Counted from the first letter of the stretch, positions 33,743 to 44,700 are shown. The stretch: 64,000 nt of DNA from Thermodesulfobacteriota bacterium (GCA_963422265.1 OY729416.1:576001-640000), one strand, 5' to 3'. A program made the numbers and translations. The notes: generated from the sequence alone by a model not told the origin.

Positions 33743-34358
33743 ATGACTCCTTCTTGGTATTTTAGGAAAGTTTCAGAAGCTGAGATAAATTCCGACCCCG
33801 TGCAAGGGGAGTTCTTTATCAAGTCTGATATTGCTAGATCGTCTTGTCCGCGAGACTTTGCAAAACTCGCTCGACACACAAAGTGGAAGTGGGCCGGTAA
33901 GAGTTCGCTTCGCACTATCATCAATTGAGAATTCTTCCGAAGACAAACTACAACGTTACTTTAATGGTCTTCTTCCTCATTTGAAGGCAGCAGGGGCTGA
34001 CTTTGATCCTTACAATCGACCTCTTTCTTACATTATTATCGAAGATTTTGGAACAAAAGGGTTGACCGGAGACCCAGATCAAACAACAGATAATGAGGAC
34101 AACAACTTTTACTGGTTTTTCAGGAACGTTGGGCGCTCTGGCAAAGGGGAAGATAAAGGAGGGAGCTATGGAAATACAAAACCTGGAGTGGTAGCCAAAG
34201 GATCAACGGAGAGGGAAAAACCAGGCACCTTGTATAGATTATTCGCAGTGTTTCAGCAATTGGAATTTACATACGATATTTTCAATATGCCTTGTGAACG
34301 GATGATAGAGCTTCTCCCACCTGAGTTTGATGAACTTCTCAATTCTGAAAAAGATTAA
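33743..34358 (+). pseudogene. Frameshifted, internally deleted GHKL-ATPase-like gene remnant fused to an unrelated C-terminus
   Basis: MTPSWYF...DPVQGEFF then frameshift to LVRETLQNSLD, IEDFGTKGL, GKGEDKGGSYG, then abrupt switch to KPGTLYRL...QLEFTYD...LLPPEF. Confidence 0.65.
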
Positions 34359-34990
34359 CTTCCCATATTCTCAAAGAGCTTGAGTAGGTAATCACCGCTC
34401 TTGTTGGTAAAGGAAGCGATGCGTTCTAAGTCCCTGTCACTAATTTCGGCTTCAACCTTACGAACCGTTCTCTTTATAGCGAGAGAATGCGCAGGGTCTT
34501 CCTTAGCGTGCACTTCAACAAACCTAGACGGGTAATCTAGTGGCTTGCATTTTGGAAATATAATCCCGGAGGCGTTCTCAAATAAATAGGAATGCCCTAA
34601 AATTCCCAACGGAAAACTGCCTGCTTCCCCTTGTAAAAAGTCGTCATAATCGGATGCAAAGGGTATATTGGCTAAATCCACGCCACCTACCCTTCCCTGC
34701 TCATTCATATCCTCAAGGTCTTTAAGTGCAATCTCGGCGTGTCCAAGCTCGCCCTTGGCACATAACTTAAATCTCTTGCTTAAATATGGATTTTGACTTT
34801 GGGTTTTCTTGCTTGCCCTTAGAACAGCCCTTTGGCTGATATGCTCTATTACGTAGAAAGTCTTGAGCAATCTGACGTAATCCTTCCTCGACACTTCTCC
34901 TGAAAGAAGCGTTTTAATCTCATTCATATCCTCTAGCTTCGCGACATAATCGCGCACCTGACAATCAAGCGTTTTCTCAAGGCTTTTCAT
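34355..34990 (-). CDS. Heme-oxygenase-like (HDO/PqqC/TenA fold) iron-containing redox protein
   Basis: ELGHAEIALKDL and FVEVHAKEDPAH metal-ligand-type motifs. Confidence 0.7.
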   Translation of the reverse strand: MKSLEKTLDCQVRDYVAKLEDMNEIKTLLSGEVSRKDYVRLLKTFYVIEHISQRAVLRASKKTQSQNPYLSKRFKLCAKGELGHAEIALKDLEDMNEQGRVGGVDLANIPFASDYDDFLQGEAGSFPLGILGHSYLFENASGIIFPKCKPLDYPSRFVEVHAKEDPAHSLAIKRTVRKVEAEISDRDLERIASFTNKSGDYLLKLFENMGS

Positions 34991-35038
34991 AGGGAGCTAA
35001 TTATGATATATGATCTTGAGGAATTCAAACCGACCCGA
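34989..35038. repeat. Diverged direct repeat, copy 1 (copy 2 at 37436-37485), upstream of tRNA-Arg
   Basis: ATAGGGAGCTAATTATGATATATGATCTTGAGGAATTCAAACCGACCCGA vs ATAGGAGGCTAATTATGATATATGACCTTGAGTAATTCAGACCGACCCGA. Confidence 0.9.
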
Positions 35039-35229
35039 CTGCTGAAGCGTGTGTTATCGTATGATTGGTTAGAATTCTCTCTAGTATCTAGGTATCAATT
35101 GTTTGTATATACGTGGGCAAGAAATATCACTGGAAAATGTAGACTCGTAGTTGAGTACACATACAATTTAGCTTCGCTCAGGGCAAGCTTGATGAAATGC
35201 CAATAATCAGTAAACTACTGTTGCATAGC

Positions 35230-35306
35230 GCGCCCGTAGCTCAACTGGACAGAGTGCATGACTACGGATCATGAGGTTGGGGGTTCGACTCCCTTCGGGC
35301 GCGCCA
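35230..35306 (+). tRNA. tRNA-Arg(ACG)
   Basis: GCGCCCG/CGGGCGC acceptor, CATGA-CT-ACG-GA-TCATG anticodon arm, GGTTCGACTCC, CCA end. Confidence 0.96.
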
Positions 35307-35496
35307 GCACTTTTAAGGACTGAACGTATTCCACAATATCCACAAGGGGATGCGCGCTTTTAGCTGATACGCCCCGCCTAGCTGATATCCAAATCCCTAA
35401 AAGAACTGCTAAACTTTCGATTCAATAATCTCAAAAATTGGGAAACATCCTGTTTGTCAGTTATTTTGACTGAGTTATGGAGGGTTTTGAAGTAAA

Positions 35497-35996
35497 ATGA
35501 ATAAAACCAAGAGATTTAATAGATGTGTGCTTTGGAGCAACATTAAGTCTCGTCTCGATATACAGTACCTCAAAGGGATGCTGGCGAGGGTTATTTTACA
35601 TCGCTTATGGACCGACATGATGGTGATCCAAAGCAGGTTTCATTGTCTCTTGGGCTACCACGGAACCGGTATAAGCTTCCGTCATTCGGGGTTGCATTAG
35701 CAGCGGAGGCGATGAAGAATCTAGGGTTTGACGTAGCAAAGCCTGACCGACACATTTTGCGAGCAGCGGGATTATTCGGATTGGTTGGTTTTAAGCATTG
35801 AAATAACCGAAGTGGCAACAAAAGCACCTAAGTATACCAAATCGGAACTCTACGACTCTATGATGGCCGTAGAGAATATAGCAAAGTGCGTGGGTGAACG
35901 GATTACATTTGTAGATAATGCACAATCTGGCTGCTATGTGCGAAAAGTGGTTTGCAGTTTAGCAATGAACAACTAACCGAGATTGCACATAGGTAG
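35497..35996 (+). pseudogene. Multiply frameshifted HhH DNA-glycosylase-like gene remnant
   Basis: Fragments KLPSFGVALAAEAMKNLGFDVAKPDRHILR and FVDNA/IWLLCAKSG lie in different frames. Confidence 0.5.
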
Positions 35997-36088
35997 GAAA
36001 CCAAACTCCGAGAAAAACCGCTGTGATTATTGCGAAGACCGGTGCGGCTATGTAAAGCATCCTACTTCAGGCTATGGCAACTATATCT

Positions 36089-37327
36089 TCATTTATTAAC
36101 GCTTCCAACTGTAGATAATGTTTTTCTACCTTTGGGTTCAGTTATAAAGAAAGTGGAAAACGCCGCGATAAAGCATATCACTGTTGCCACAACCACCGAC
36201 TGATAATGCGAATCAGTCACATCGTAAAGGTAACCTGCAATCAAGGGGCCCGTCACGGAGGCGACTGAAAACCCCGTGGCAGACACTCCGAAGATAGAAC
36301 CTATAAACTTTGTTCCAAAATAGTCACTTAGAAGCGTGGGAAATATGGGCATGTGTCCACTGTAGAAAAATCCGAATAAAAACCCAAACAGGCAAAAAGC
36401 CCACACTGTCTGGCTATAGATAATGATGATTATTGAAACCGCTTCCAGAAAGTAGCTTATAAACAGCACTCTCTTGTTATCAAAAAACTTTGTCAACACG
36501 CCCGAGAAAAACAGCCTTCCAAAGATACTTCCAAAAGCCAAAGCGGCTGGCGCCCATGATGCAACAATTGGATCAATACCAGATTCCTTTGCATAATCAA
36601 ATAGGTTGACGAGTATTATGAGAAAGGTGTTCATTCCCAGAAAGAAAATCACATAAAGTATCCAAAAAGATGAAGTGCTGATAGCTTGACGAACGTTCCA
36701 GTTAGAGAAATCAGGCATTGCAGGTTTGCCATCTGGCTCATCAGCTTTTTCCTCTTTGTCGCCGGGCGATTTACGCATCACAAATGCGGTTGATAAGAGA
36801 AAAGCCGTTATGATCGACAACGTTATAAGAGAATTTTCTAAGCCCATGCCCGCAATAAGCACCGCTACCATGGGGCTTATAACCACCCCAATAACCGGGA
36901 CGCCCAATGTTGCAATACCTATGGCAAGAGCCCTTTTTTTGTGAAACCACCGACTGATAATCGCTACAGTCGGAATGTAAAAGAAACCATTTCCTATACC
37001 CGGTAGAACAGCGTATGCCAAAATAAGCTGCCAGTTGCTTGTAGAAAAGGCGGTCAGAAAAATGCCGGCTACCGCCGTAAACCCCCCAATGAATATCACC
37101 CACTTTGGGCTAAATCTGTCTATTAGCTTTCCCGCAGCAATCATTGAAAATGCAAAAACAACATTCCTTATAGAAAAGAGAGACGAGCTTTCCAGATGAC
37201 TTAGAGCAAATGACTCTTTTAGGTAAGGCATATATATGCTGAATGAATACAGAAGTAGTCCGTCCAGAGAGATTATTATCAATCCTGCTGCAACAATAAA
37301 CCAACCATAATAGACATTCTTAAACAT
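36089..37327 (-). CDS. MFS transporter (OFA/monocarboxylate-like)
   Basis: About 12 TM segments, GKLIDRFSPK motif A, RWFHKKRALAIG; probable ATG at 37327. Confidence 0.9.
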   Translation of the reverse strand: MFKNVYYGWFIVAAGLIIISLDGLLLYSFSIYMPYLKESFALSHLESSSLFSIRNVVFAFSMIAAGKLIDRFSPKWVIFIGGFTAVAGIFLTAFSTSNWQLILAYAVLPGIGNGFFYIPTVAIISRWFHKKRALAIGIATLGVPVIGVVISPMVAVLIAGMGLENSLITLSIITAFLLSTAFVMRKSPGDKEEKADEPDGKPAMPDFSNWNVRQAISTSSFWILYVIFFLGMNTFLIILVNLFDYAKESGIDPIVASWAPAALAFGSIFGRLFFSGVLTKFFDNKRVLFISYFLEAVSIIIIIYSQTVWAFCLFGFLFGFFYSGHMPIFPTLLSDYFGTKFIGSIFGVSATGFSVASVTGPLIAGYLYDVTDSHYQSVVVATVICFIAAFSTFFITEPKGRKTLSTVGSVNK

Positions 37328-37435
37328 AGTGATTATTGGAAACACACCAACTAGGTTAAAACAACTTTGAATACAAGCTGGCAAATAATACCTGATATTG
37401 TTCTATAAAGGATGGGAAGGTTACAGAATGAGTAG

Positions 37436-37485
37436 ATAGGAGGCTAATTATGATATATGACCTTGAGTAATTCAGACCGACCCGA
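37436..37485. repeat. Diverged direct repeat, copy 2
   Basis: See 34989-35038; similarity resumes near 37501 and continues through the pseudo-tRNA. Confidence 0.9.
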
Positions 37486-37544
37486 ACGGGGCTGGACATG
37501 TTTGATGAAGTACTAAATAATTAGTAAACTAGAGTTTCTACTGC

Positions 37545-37620
37545 ATGTCCTTAGCTCAACGGGATAGAGCGATGACTAGGGATCATGAGGTCGGGGGTTC
37601 TACTCCTTCTGGGCGCGCCA
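37545..37620 (+). pseudogene. Degenerate copy of tRNA-Arg (anticodon position now AGG)
   Basis: Colinear with 35230-35306; acceptor mismatches (ATGTCCT/TGGGCGC), T-loop TTCTACT, 1-nt deletion. Confidence 0.85.
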
Positions 37621-37679
37621 GCGCTTTGAGGGAGCCGACCGTATCCAATCCCTGCTCAGATATGGGCATAAGCTTTTTT

Positions 37680-37745
37680 AGTTGACAGTTTTCAGTTAAT
37701 AGTTGTTAGCTGTTAATAGCTCAAAACTTGCAACTGAAAACTAAC
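37680..37745. repeat. 7-nt-periodic imperfect palindrome (AGTTNNN...NNNAACT), copy A
   Basis: AGTTTTCAGTT (37687) and AACTGAAAACT (37732) are perfect inverted repeats; related to 49069 and 50426. Confidence 0.8.
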
Positions 37746-37778
37746 ACAACGGATACCTGACACGCTCCGCATAAAAAA

Positions 37779-40700
37779 ATGACCACATATTCAGACCTAA
37801 CGTTTATAACAAATGAAGGTGAGCAAAGCCTGCTCAATAGGTTTCAGGTTTTAATTAAAGATACCGAATTTTTTGACGTCCTCGTCGGCTATTTTTATAC
37901 GAGTGGGTTCCACGCCCTTTATAAATCTTTAGAGAAAACTAAAAAGATCAGAATCCTAATCGGTATAAGAACCGATAGAGAAACCGTCAATCTTATAGAG
38001 AGAACGAATCAACCAGAATTGCAGTTTTCCCACGCTGAAGCAAAGCAACATTTTTCAGACGCGCTTGTTAACGAACTGAACAACGCCAAAGACGGCAGAG
38101 ACACAGAAGAAGGGGTGCAAAAATTTTTAGAATGGCTGCGAGAGGGAAAACTAGAAATAAGAGCCTATCCCTCTCAAAATCTTCACTCAAAGCTCTATAT
38201 TATGTCTTTTCCTGAAGGCGACCGCGATGTCGGGCGCGTCATCACAGGTTCAAGCAACTTCACGCAAGCGGGCTTGGCAGATAACCTTGAGTTTAACGTA
38301 GAACTGAAAACCCGCAGCGATTATGAATTCGCACGGCAGAAATTTGAAGACTTGTGGGAAAACGCCGTTGACGTAAAGGACATATACATTGAGACAATAC
38401 GTGAGAAAACGTGGCTTAACAACTCCATTACCCCCTACCAGCTCTATCTAAAGTTCCTATACGAGTATTTCAAGGAGGATCTCTCCCGGATGGAAGATAT
38501 CGATTCTAGATATACGCCAGAAGACTTTATGGACCTAGATTATCAAAAGCAAGCCGTGTGGCACTCAAAAAAGATTCTTGAACAATACGGCGGGGTGTTC
38601 ATCTCTGACGTGGTTGGCTTAGGCAAGACATACGTCTCCGCTATGCTGACAAGCCAGCTTGACGGTAGAACGCTCGTATTAGCTCCCCCCATACTTTTAG
38701 ACGAGGGGATCCCGGGTTCTTGGCGAAACGTTTTTTCAGACTTCCACGTGCCTGCTGATTTTAAGTCGCTGGGCAAGTTGGATAATCTCGTTCAGCAAGG
38801 CACACAAAAATACAAAAATATTATAATAGACGAAGCGCATCGCTTCAGAACGGAATCAAACGTCACCTATGAAAGGCTCGCTCAGGTTTGCCGTGGTAAA
38901 AGGGTGGTGCTAGTTACCGCAACCCCGTTCAACAACGCTCCAAGTGATATTTTGAGTCAAATTAAGCTTTTCCAAAACGCCAGGAAGAGCACTATTCCAA
39001 ACATCCCCGATCTTGAGTCATTTTTTGGACAGATAGAGAAAAATACAAAAAACCTAGATAGAAAAAAAGATAGTGAAAGGTATATGCGGACGGTCAAAGA
39101 AAACGCAAGAATAATTAGAGAATCCGTTTTGAAATATCTTATGGTCAGAAGAACAAGACAGGAAATTGAAAATTACTTTGCCAATGACTTGAAAAGCCAA
39201 AATCTCACCTTTCCAAAGGTAGTAAACCCAGAACCCATATTCTATCAGTTTAACAGTGAGGAAAACGCTATCTTCAATGAGACCGTCAGGTTGATCGCTC
39301 AAGAACTCAGTTATGCCCGATACACGCCCATGCTCTATTATGGGGGAGAAGAACGCATGGATCCACTAGAGATACAGTCTCAAAAAAACATGGGAAGTTT
39401 TATGAAAATCCTGCTCATAAAACGGTTAGAAAGCAGTTTTCACGCTTTTGAAAAAACTGTCTCTCGATTCATCTTAAATCACGACTTATTTCTAAAAGAA
39501 TTATTGAAAGGTAACGTTTACATAAGCAAAAAATACGCCAATAAAATTTTTGAGTTTCTGACTGACGATGACGACGAGGCTATTAAGGCGCTTCTTGAAA
39601 ATGACAGAGCGAAGAAATATTCGGCTAAGGATTTCAAGGATAACTTAAAAAAAGACCTAGAGAAGGATCTGCAAACCCTGAAGAAAATACAAGAAATGTG
39701 GCTCAAGGTAAAACGAGACCCAAAGCTTCTTGAGTTCAGAAAAAAACTCTCATCTGACGCTGTCTTGAAGGAAAACAAATTGATCGTGTTCACTGAGTCT
39801 AAGGAAACCGCTGATTATCTTGCGGAAAAACTGAATGATGACTTTCCAAAACAGGTGCTTACCTTTACCGGATCATCCGGGGCGATGATAAGGGAAAAGG
39901 TCATTGAAAATTTTGACGCACGCTTCTCTTCTCCAAAGGATGACTTCCGCATACTAATTGCAACGGAGGTGCTGTCGGAAGGCGTAAACCTCCACCGTTC
40001 CAATGTCGTCGTTAACTACGACATACCATGGAATCCAACCCGCATGATGCAGCGCGTGGGACGCATCAACCGTATAGATACTAAGTTCGATACAATTTAC
40101 ACGTTCAACTTTTTCCCGACCGAACAGTCTAATGATCAAATCAAGATCAAGGAAACGGCTGAGGCAAAGATACAAGCCTTTATAACCCTTTTGGGAACGG
40201 ACGCTCGCCTGCTGACCGAAGGCGAGGTCATAGAATCACACGAACTTTTCAACCGCCTTACCTCTAATAACACCCTTACTGGTGAGGATGAAGAGGATGA
40301 GAGCGAGCTGAAGTATCTGCAAGTCATTAGAGAAGTCCGCGATAATGACCCAGATTTATTCCAGGAAATAAAGCGAATACCCCGAAAGGCGCGAACGGCG
40401 AAGAAGCAAGGAGAAACCGAAAGCCAATTGCTCACGTATTTTAGAAAAGGAAGACTTCAAAAATTTTTCTCCGTCGGCGAGGGAGAACCAGTAGAGGTTG
40501 ATTTCATTCAGGCGGCGAAAGCTCTGGAAGCGGAGAAGGAAGCCAAACGAGAAAAGTTGCCCGCTGACTTCTATGACAAGCTCTCAAAGAACAAGCAGGC
40601 GTTTCAATTAGCCACCAGCGAACCGGAAGTAGAGCTAAGAAGCGCAAGAACTGGTAGGGATAGCTCTGTCCGACTATTCAAGATTCTTAAAGCGATAATG

Positions 40701-40979
40701 AGGGACGACGTCCAGCAACTTACCGAGGAACAGGAGGATTACATCAAAAGCGTAGCAAGACGGCTTGAGGAAGGGGCTTTGCCCAAGCAGACCGCAAAGA
40801 CAGCCTTAGGAGCAATAAACAAGGAACTTAAAAACGGGCGCTTGAACCCTTTGAAATGTCTTGCAATACTGCAAAATAGCATTCCTGACGAGCTTCTGGA
40901 AAGCCACGTTGCGGAAAGCACCGCTCTCACCTCTGGACCTAGAGAAGTGATCTTGTCGGAATACTTAATCAGCAATTAG
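37779..40979 (+). CDS. PLD-nuclease plus SNF2-like SF2 helicase, R-M associated
   Basis: LVGYFY, LHSKLYI and ITGSSNFT (PLD); DVVGLGKT, IDEAH, TATP, EGVNL, QRVGRINR (helicase). Confidence 0.88.
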   Translation: MTTYSDLTFITNEGEQSLLNRFQVLIKDTEFFDVLVGYFYTSGFHALYKSLEKTKKIRILIGIRTDRETVNLIERTNQPELQFSHAEAKQHFSDALVNELNNAKDGRDTEEGVQKFLEWLREGKLEIRAYPSQNLHSKLYIMSFPEGDRDVGRVITGSSNFTQAGLADNLEFNVELKTRSDYEFARQKFEDLWENAVDVKDIYIETIREKTWLNNSITPYQLYLKFLYEYFKEDLSRMEDIDSRYTPEDFMDLDYQKQAVWHSKKILEQYGGVFISDVVGLGKTYVSAMLTSQLDGRTLVLAPPILLDEGIPGSWRNVFSDFHVPADFKSLGKLDNLVQQGTQKYKNIIIDEAHRFRTESNVTYERLAQVCRGKRVVLVTATPFNNAPSDILSQIKLFQNARKSTIPNIPDLESFFGQIEKNTKNLDRKKDSERYMRTVKENARIIRESVLKYLMVRRTRQEIENYFANDLKSQNLTFPKVVNPEPIFYQFNSEENAIFNETVRLIAQELSYARYTPMLYYGGEERMDPLEIQSQKNMGSFMKILLIKRLESSFHAFEKTVSRFILNHDLFLKELLKGNVYISKKYANKIFEFLTDDDDEAIKALLENDRAKKYSAKDFKDNLKKDLEKDLQTLKKIQEMWLKVKRDPKLLEFRKKLSSDAVLKENKLIVFTESKETADYLAEKLNDDFPKQVLTFTGSSGAMIREKVIENFDARFSSPKDDFRILIATEVLSEGVNLHRSNVVVNYDIPWNPTRMMQRVGRINRIDTKFDTIYTFNFFPTEQSNDQIKIKETAEAKIQAFITLLGTDARLLTEGEVIESHELFNRLTSNNTLTGEDEEDESELKYLQVIREVRDNDPDLFQEIKRIPRKARTAKKQGETESQLLTYFRKGRLQKFFSVGEGEPVEVDFIQAAKALEAEKEAKREKLPADFYDKLSKNKQAFQLATSEPEVELRSARTGRDSSVRLFKILKAIMRDDVQQLTEEQEDYIKSVARRLEEGALPKQTAKTALGAINKELKNGRLNPLKCLAILQNSIPDELLESHVAESTALTSGPREVILSEYLISN

Positions 40980-40999
40980 TATCTACGCGTCGCCTCAAC

Positions 41000-41028
41000 T
41001 TGACGGAGACATCCATAAAATATATACT
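41000..41028 (+). promoter_or_regulatory. Sigma70 promoter of mazEF
   Basis: TTGACG-17 nt-TATACT followed by repeated TATAC boxes (possible autorepression operator). Confidence 0.7.
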
Positions 41029-41069
41029 TGATTGCTATACACTTATATACGTAAGGGAGACTTAAAAGC

Positions 41070-41318
41070 ATGGAAATTCAAGTCAAGAAATGGGGTAATA
41101 GTCTTGCCCTACGTATTCCTAAACCCATTGCCCGACGACGTATTGGCGTCGAAACTGGGTCCGTAGTTAGGCTGTCCCTTCTTCGCGGCGCAGACTTAAC
41201 TATATCGCCTGCGAAACGCTCCAATGCACGGCTGGATGACCTCTTAGCGGGCGTAACAGAGTATAACTTGCACGGCGAAACAGATACTGGACCTGCGATG
41301 GGTAAAGAAGTATGGTGA
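41070..41318 (+). CDS. mazE: AbrB/MazE antitoxin
   Basis: VKKWGNSLALRIPK, LDDLLAGVT..NLHGE.D.G...GKEVW. Confidence 0.93.
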   Translation: MEIQVKKWGNSLALRIPKPIARRRIGVETGSVVRLSLLRGADLTISPAKRSNARLDDLLAGVTEYNLHGETDTGPAMGKEVW

Positions 41319-41680
41319 GTTCGGTAGTGAATGTCCCGCAGCGTGGCGATGCCGTCTGGATTGATCTCAATCCTCAGATGGGAAGTGAACAGGCTGGTCT
41401 CCGGCTGGCCATTGTGCTCTCGCCTGGTGCTTACAACGGCAAGGTTGGATTGGTGCTAGTTTGTCCAATTACCAACCGGAAGAAAGGGTATCCCTTCGAG
41501 GTTAATATATCAGAGGACATAAAAGTGAGTGGGGTTATTCTAGCCGATCAGATGAAGAGTTTGGACTGGCGGGTGAGAAATGCCAAAGTGATAACCTCAT
41601 TACCAAAGGAAACAGTAGAGGAGACTTTGCATAAGGTAAGTTTGCTTCTAACAAAGGATAACGATTCTATTAATGACTGA
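41312..41680 (+). CDS. mazF: MazF/PemK endoribonuclease toxin
   Basis: PQRGDAVWIDLNPQ.GSEQAG.R, CPIT...KGYPFEV, DQ.KSLDWR.R. Confidence 0.93.
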   Translation: MVSSVVNVPQRGDAVWIDLNPQMGSEQAGLRLAIVLSPGAYNGKVGLVLVCPITNRKKGYPFEVNISEDIKVSGVILADQMKSLDWRVRNAKVITSLPKETVEETLHKVSLLLTKDNDSIND

Positions 41681-41761
41681 GAGTCACAAACTATATTTCA
41701 ACTATCTTTGAGGTGTCTAGCGGACTCGCAATACCTTCTTAGCTTACTGAAGGCTTGAGAT

Positions 41762-44700
41762 ATGAATAAAACTTCCGCCAAGCATTTAGTAAAGCAAACG
41801 CTAGAGCATTCTTTTGACAAAGGGCGCTTTGCTTATTTAGTTAAGAATATCCTTAACCATGTTGACGAAGACTCTTTCACCTACCAAGGCAATTTAATAT
41901 TTGATGACTTTGACGATTCAATAGCAAAAGTAGAACGCACAAGCAAATATACTGACCCGCAAGATAGACTCCTCGACATTCTGGTTGTCCACCTTAAAAA
42001 AGAAACCTCGCTTGAGCGGGCGCGGACGATGCAAAGAAACTTCGTCGCCAAATACCTTAATGGTAGTCGGGGCGGAGTATTAAAAGACGCCGCGCTTGTA
42101 GCATTTGTAGCGCCTAATGGTGAAGATTGGCGTTTCTCCTTTGTCAAGATGGAATACAGGTTCGATGAAAAGGGTAAAGTAAAAGAAGAGTTCACTCCCG
42201 CCCGCCGTTACTCATTTCTAGTAGGTAAAAACGAACATAGCCACACTGCCCAGAGCAACCTCTTGCCTCTGCTTCAGGACGATGAAGCGAAACCCACGCT
42301 CGCATACATAGAACAAGCCTTTAGCGTAGAGCGGGTTACGAAAGAATTCTTTGAAAAATACAGAGAGCTTTACCTACATCTTAAAGAGGCTTTGGACGAG
42401 ATTGTAGAGAAAGACCCAAAAATAGAAGCGGACTTTGAAGGCAAAAGCGTAGATACCGTTGATTTCGCTAAAAAGCTTATGGGTCAGATTGTATTTCTCT
42501 ATTTCCTACAAAAGAAGGGATGGTTTGGGGTGGCGAGAGGAAAAGAATGGGGTGAAGGCAATAAGCAGTTTTTGCGACACTTGTTTCCAAGGGAGCGGGA
42601 AGAAGGTAAGAACTACTTCAATAGATTTCTAGAGCCATTATTCTACGAGGCTCTGCGATTAGAGCGTCCCAAAGACTATTACGATCAGTTTGAATGTCGT
42701 ATTCCGTTCTTAAACGGTGGGCTTTTTGATCCTATAAACGATTACGATTGGCAAGATACGGATATAGAGATACCGAATGAGATTTTCAGTAATAATGAAT
42801 TAACGAAAGAAGGGGATACAGGAAGCGGGATTTTAGACGTTTTCGACCGTTACAACTTCACTGTCAAGGAAGATGAACCACTAGAGAAGGAAGTGGCGGT
42901 TGACCCTGAGATGCTCGGAAAGGTCTTTGAGAATCTCCTTGATATTAAAGACCGAAAGTCCAAAGGGACTTACTACACGCCGCGTGAGATTGTTCATTAC
43001 ATGTGTCAAGAGAGCCTGATCAATGCGTTACATACTAATCTTGATGGAATCATTCCTATAAATGACTTGGAAGCACTTATAAAACATGGTGATGCTTTTG
43101 TTGAGCATGAAGAGACCCGTATTGAAAAAATTGCTAACAGAAAGGCTAAGAATGCAGATTACAAAGGAAGTTACAAGAGGCGGCGGCTTCCAGCTAGTAT
43201 TGAAGAATATGCTGAACTTATAGATGATGAACTAGCTTCAATGCGTGTATGTGACCCGGCAGTGGGAAGCGGCGCATTCGTAGTGGGAATGATGAATGAG
43301 ATAATAAGAGCAAGAAGGACGCTCGCACCATATACTGATGGGAACAAAGAAGACGCATCTTATCACTTCAAACGTCACGCAATACAGCACTGCCTTTACG
43401 GCGTAGATATAGATCCCGGAGCGGTAGAAATCGCTAAGCTCAGGTTGTGGTTATCGCTGGTCGTAGATGAGGAGGATAGGGGGAAAATAAAACCTTTGCC
43501 CAATCTGGACTATAAAATTATTCAAGGTAATTCTCTCTTAAGCGTTGAGAAAGACCTTTTCAACCAAGAGCTGTTTAACCAGATTGAGAAATTGAAACCG
43601 CTTTATTTCAATGAAACGAATGCGGGGGAAAAACAAAAGTATAAAAACCAGATTGATGAACTCATTAGTCAGATTACCAAAGGACATAAGGAGTTTGATT
43701 TTGAAGTTTACTTTTCAGAAGTTTTCCATAATGAAAAGAAAGGCTTTGACGTTGTAATAGGCAACCCACCGTATGTCAATGTCGAAAACCTTTCTGCGGA
43801 GATGCGGAGCTACCTGTTCAGCAATTATCAAGCCTGCGAAAAGCGTACGGATATTTACATCGCATTTCTTGAAAAATCACTTTCCCTGCTCAACGGCAAC
43901 GGATCGATGTGCTTTATCATTCCTGCCGCTTTCACCAAGCAACAGTATGCAACGACAATGCGCAAAATCTTCGTTGCAAACCACACCCTTCAGGAATTGG
44001 TGGACGCCAGCAGTTACCGCATTTTTGAGAATGCGGTTGTGTACAATGTTGTTTTGAGGATTGCCAAGGGCAGAAAAAATGTGCCGACAAGGATACGACT
44101 GTATCACAACAATAGTGACTTTGACAGTCGCAGCGGTATGGAATTCCTGGTTGACCAGAGCTTCTTTGACTTACTCAAGGATTGTCGCTTTGACACAAAC
44201 CCGTCCATTTCGGATGCCGTCAAGATAAAGGAAAAGATATGGCGCAATGCCATACGCCTTGATCGGATTTGCCTCATTGCCTACGGTGCCAGACTCAACC
44301 ATCGTTCCGCAAAAATTGGTAAGTCGCACTACATAAGCTCGTCGCCGGTCGCTGGCAGCAAGAAGTTTTGCGAAGGGCGCAACATTGGACGCTATTCATT
44401 CTCTCAAGACGGCTGGCTGGATTACGCACCGGACGAGCACTACAACCCAATGTTTCCAGAACTGTTTGAGAGCGAGAAGCTGATGTTCATCAACATTGTG
44501 AAAGACCGGCTGCGGTTCGCCTACGATGATGAAGGCTTCTACAACAGCCACACTGTCATAAACTGCGTGCGGTTGGACTTGCTTTCCGGGACCCCGCATA
44601 CATCAGCTGTTCGCGCGATAAGAAATGCTGACATCTCAATCGCTAGACGGTTTGACTGCAAATTTCTGCTGGCAATTCTCAACTCGCAATTGACAAACTG

